Below are positions 61,365-64,000 of a stretch of 64,000 nt of DNA, one piece after another. The translations under genes were made by a program, and so were the position numbers. Below the pieces are notes generated by a model that was not told the DNA's origin, did not search any database, and was given only the letters and a program-made list of their open reading frames with translations. Each line of letters opens with the position of its first letter. The first letter of the stretch is position 1. This DNA is from an uncultured Verrucomicrobiae bacterium (GTDB lineage: Bacteria; Verrucomicrobiota; Verrucomicrobiia; Chthoniobacterales; JAFAMB01): the NCBI GenBank assembly GCA_963762565.1, contig CAVXLD010000010.1:160001-224000 (forward strand), read 5' to 3'.

Positions 61365-63128
61365 ATGTATCGGACGCACCATTGCAACCAATTGCGAGCT
61401 GCCGATGAAGGGCAAACGGTCACATTGTCTGGCTGGGTTGCTTCTCAGCGGGACCACGGAGGCGTGATCTTTATCGATCTACGAGACCGGGAGGGTATCA
61501 CCCAGATCGTCTTTCGGCCTGAGGATTATCCCGCGATCGCCAAGGAAGCACAGACTTTGCACGACGAGGACGTTATCCAGATAAAAGGCAAAGTAGCGCC
61601 TCGTCTGGAAGGGACGATCAACCCAAAACTGCCGACCGGAGAAATTGAGGTAGTGGTTTCAGAGTTAAATATTTTGAACCATTGCGCGCCGCTGCCGTTC
61701 CAGCTGGATGCCAACCTCAGCAATGAAGATCTTCGGTTGACCTACCGCTACCTTGACTTGCGGCGACCAGCTATGGTCCGCCAGCTATGGGCTAGACACA
61801 TTCTCAACCGAACAACAAGAACCTATCTGGATCGCGAGGGCTTCTTGGAAATTGAGACCCCAATTCTCTCGAAAAGCACACCGGAAGGAGCCAGAGAATT
61901 CTTGGTACCGAGCCGGGTTATGCCGGGCTCGTTCTATGCGTTGGCCCAATCACCTCAGCAATACAAGCAGTTGTTGATGGTGGCAGGCGCAGAAAAGTAT
62001 TTCCAGATTGCTAAATGCTTTCGGGATGAAGATCCACGCGCCGACCGAATCACGGAGCTTACCCAAGTTGACATCGAGGCTTCGTTCATCACCCCAGAGG
62101 ATATCTTCCGCTTGGTCGAAGGTCTGCTAAAAGAGATTTTCGTTGCTACCAGAGAGGTAAACATCCCGACGCCATTCTTAAGGTTGAGTTACCAGGAAGC
62201 GATGGATCGTTTTGGCAGCGACAAACCTGACATGCGATTTGGGACAGAGCTGATTGATCTCAGTGATTCATTCAAGAACACTCAATTCAAAGTATTCAGA
62301 ACCGCTCTGGATCAGAAAGGCGTGGTAAAGGCAATCAATGCAAAAGGATTTGCTAACATCACGACCGGCCAGATAGAGGAAGTAACCAACGTAGCTAAGC
62401 AAGCGGGTGCTAAAGGATTAGCCTTTATCAAAGTCGAAAACGGAGAATGGAAGTCGCCTATCGTCAAGTTTTTCTCCGAGTCGGAACGAGAGGCCCTTAC
62501 CACGAAAATGGGGATCGAAGAGGGCGATCTTATCCTTTTCGCGGCAGATAGCCGGGATGTGGTTAGTACCGTGCTCGGGCGACTTCGGTTAAAGGTAGCC
62601 GAATTCACCAAGTTAGTTACGGATCCGGACGAATTAAAATTTCTCTGGGTGACTGACTTCCCCTTGATGTCATTTGACCCCGCCGAGAATAAATGGAATG
62701 CCATGCATCATCCATTTACTCGTCCCAAAACGGAGGATATCCCGTTCCTGGAGCAGGGTGAATTTGGGAAAGTCCGAGCGGTCGCTTACGATGTGGTGTT
62801 AAACGGTGTCGAAATCGGCGGAGGCAGCCTGCGTATTCATGAGCCGGCGCTTCAGCAGAAGGTTTTTTCCGCTCTGGGCATCAGCCCGCAACAGCAGCAG
62901 AAACTGTTTCCACATTTGTTGAGCGCGTTTTCTTTCGGTGCCCCGCCCCACGGCGGGATCGCTCTGGGAATCGATCGGCTTTTGATGCTAATCACGGGCA
63001 CCACGAACATTCGGGACGTAATCGCCTTCCCGAAAAACAGTCGCGGTCAGGACTTGATGATGGACGCGCCGACCGAGGTCCCCGACAAACAGCTGCGCGA
63101 ACTCAATTTAACGATCCGTAAAGTGTGA
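61365..63128 (+). CDS. aspS: Aspartate--tRNA ligase
   Basis: [45 protein letters not shown]. Confidence 0.97.
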   Translation: MYRTHHCNQLRAADEGQTVTLSGWVASQRDHGGVIFIDLRDREGITQIVFRPEDYPAIAKEAQTLHDEDVIQIKGKVAPRLEGTINPKLPTGEIEVVVSELNILNHCAPLPFQLDANLSNEDLRLTYRYLDLRRPAMVRQLWARHILNRTTRTYLDREGFLEIETPILSKSTPEGAREFLVPSRVMPGSFYALAQSPQQYKQLLMVAGAEKYFQIAKCFRDEDPRADRITELTQVDIEASFITPEDIFRLVEGLLKEIFVATREVNIPTPFLRLSYQEAMDRFGSDKPDMRFGTELIDLSDSFKNTQFKVFRTALDQKGVVKAINAKGFANITTGQIEEVTNVAKQAGAKGLAFIKVENGEWKSPIVKFFSESEREALTTKMGIEEGDLILFAADSRDVVSTVLGRLRLKVAEFTKLVTDPDELKFLWVTDFPLMSFDPAENKWNAMHHPFTRPKTEDIPFLEQGEFGKVRAVAYDVVLNGVEIGGGSLRIHEPALQQKVFSALGISPQQQQKLFPHLLSAFSFGAPPHGGIALGIDRLLMLITGTTNIRDVIAFPKNSRGQDLMMDAPTEVPDKQLRELNLTIRKV

Positions 63129-63147
63129 TTTTGGGGCGTCGCCAAGG

Positions 63148-63447
63148 AAGGAATAGCCGCAAAAGAACGCAGAGAACGCAAAGAAAACAAACTTGGTGGG
63201 GCGAGGCTCCGGAACGTTCGAGAAACTTTCGCAGCGCGAAATACTTTGCATTGGTATATGGGATGCAACCCCTGAAAACTGCCGAGCCGCGGGTTGCGTG
63301 ACCCACGGCTCGGCAGCTATTAGACGATGCACCCTAGATACCGGCGAAACGTCATCTCTCCCTGCGAGCTCTTTCCGGTCTTTCCTGAGCCTCGCCCCAC
63401 CAAAAGCTTTTCTGCGTTCCTTGCGCTCTTTTGTGGCTATTTCCTCT
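63148..63447. repeat. REPIN-like doublet copy 3 (63193-63403) nested inside an AGAACGCA-type inverted layer
   Basis: Inverted homolog of 43459-43665; outer ATAGCCGCAAAAGAACGCAGAGAACGCA / TGCGTTCCTTGCGCTCTTTTGTGGCTAT. Confidence 0.85.
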
Positions 63448-63453
63448 TAGATG

Positions 63454-63999
63454 CTACTGCGACTTCGGGGTCGCTTGAGCTGGAGCCTGTTTGTCGTCCT
63501 TTTTGATCCCTAGTAGTTCGACTTCGAAAACCAGGGTTGAACCCGGCGCAATATCGTCCCCTTCGCCCTCGTCGCCATAGGCCAACTCAGGTGGGAGATA
63601 AAGTTGCCACTTCGAGCCAACCGGCATCAGCTTCAGGGCCTCGGACCAACCCTTGATCACTTCATTCACTGGAAACGAAACCGGACCGCCGTTCTTCGAG
63701 GAACTGTCAAACTCTTTGCCGTCGATCAAAGTGCCCCGATAATTCACCTCTACGACGTCTGTATCCTTCGGTTTCTCGCCGTTGCCGTTCTTGACTACCT
63801 TATACTGAAGTCCATCGGCTAAGGTGGTCACGCCGGGCTGTTTACCGTTTGAATCCAAGAACTTCTTGCCGTCGACCTTGTTCTTTTCGGCCGTGACTTT
63901 CATGTCCTGTTGTTTTTGTACCATGGCCTCCTCGCGCTGTTGGGCGAGCTTTTGCTGGAACCCCTGCATCACCTGTTGGAGCTCAGCATCGGAAAGGGC
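63454..63999 (-). CDS. FKBP-type peptidyl-prolyl isomerase (FkpA/Mip-like), 5' end outside window
   Basis: GLQYKV, VNYRGTLIDG.EFDSS, VIKGW.EAL, LAYG, LVFEVEL. Confidence 0.93.
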   Translation of the reverse strand, partial: ALSDAELQQVMQGFQQKLAQQREEAMVQKQQDMKVTAEKNKVDGKKFLDSNGKQPGVTTLADGLQYKVVKNGNGEKPKDTDVVEVNYRGTLIDGKEFDSSSKNGGPVSFPVNEVIKGWSEALKLMPVGSKWQLYLPPELAYGDEGEGDDIAPGSTLVFEVELLGIKKDDKQAPAQATPKSQ

Positions 64000-64000
64000 C

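Overview
A 64 kb gene-dense, mostly housekeeping chromosomal segment from a Gram-negative bacterium (lpxA, lptD). A Verrucomicrobia-like soil organism is my impression from protein style and repeat types; I have not verified it. The window holds about 49 protein-coding genes and one tRNA-Leu(GAG). Gene content includes sufS-sufU, a TetR/haloalkane dehalogenase pair, two tandem paralogous MFS transporters facing an NMP-kinase-like gene, an orphan malE, aroB-dprA-topB, ppk1, a circularly permuted ATP-grasp/alpha-E pair, cysH-cysD-cysNC, tkt, hisG, a 34-aa bS22-like gene missed by the ORF track, the ftsK(frameshifted)-rodZ-rimO-degT-hflX run, lpxA, galE, lptD, ugd, rsmB, pyk and hisS-aspS. No CRISPR array, integrase, transposase or prophage gene is visible. 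The most unusual signal is intergenic: many spacers are filled with palindromic DNA. Four classes are present. (1) Fixed-length 48-50 nt near-perfect hairpins with AGCC...GGCT ends, usually a CGTA(A) centre, and unrelated stem sequences; they sit in tandem arrays flush against start and stop codons. (2) Several families of nested REP/REPIN-like 180-420 nt elements. (3) A MITE with 32-bp TIRs plus a solo end elsewhere. (4) Inverted pairs of heptamer tandem repeats.
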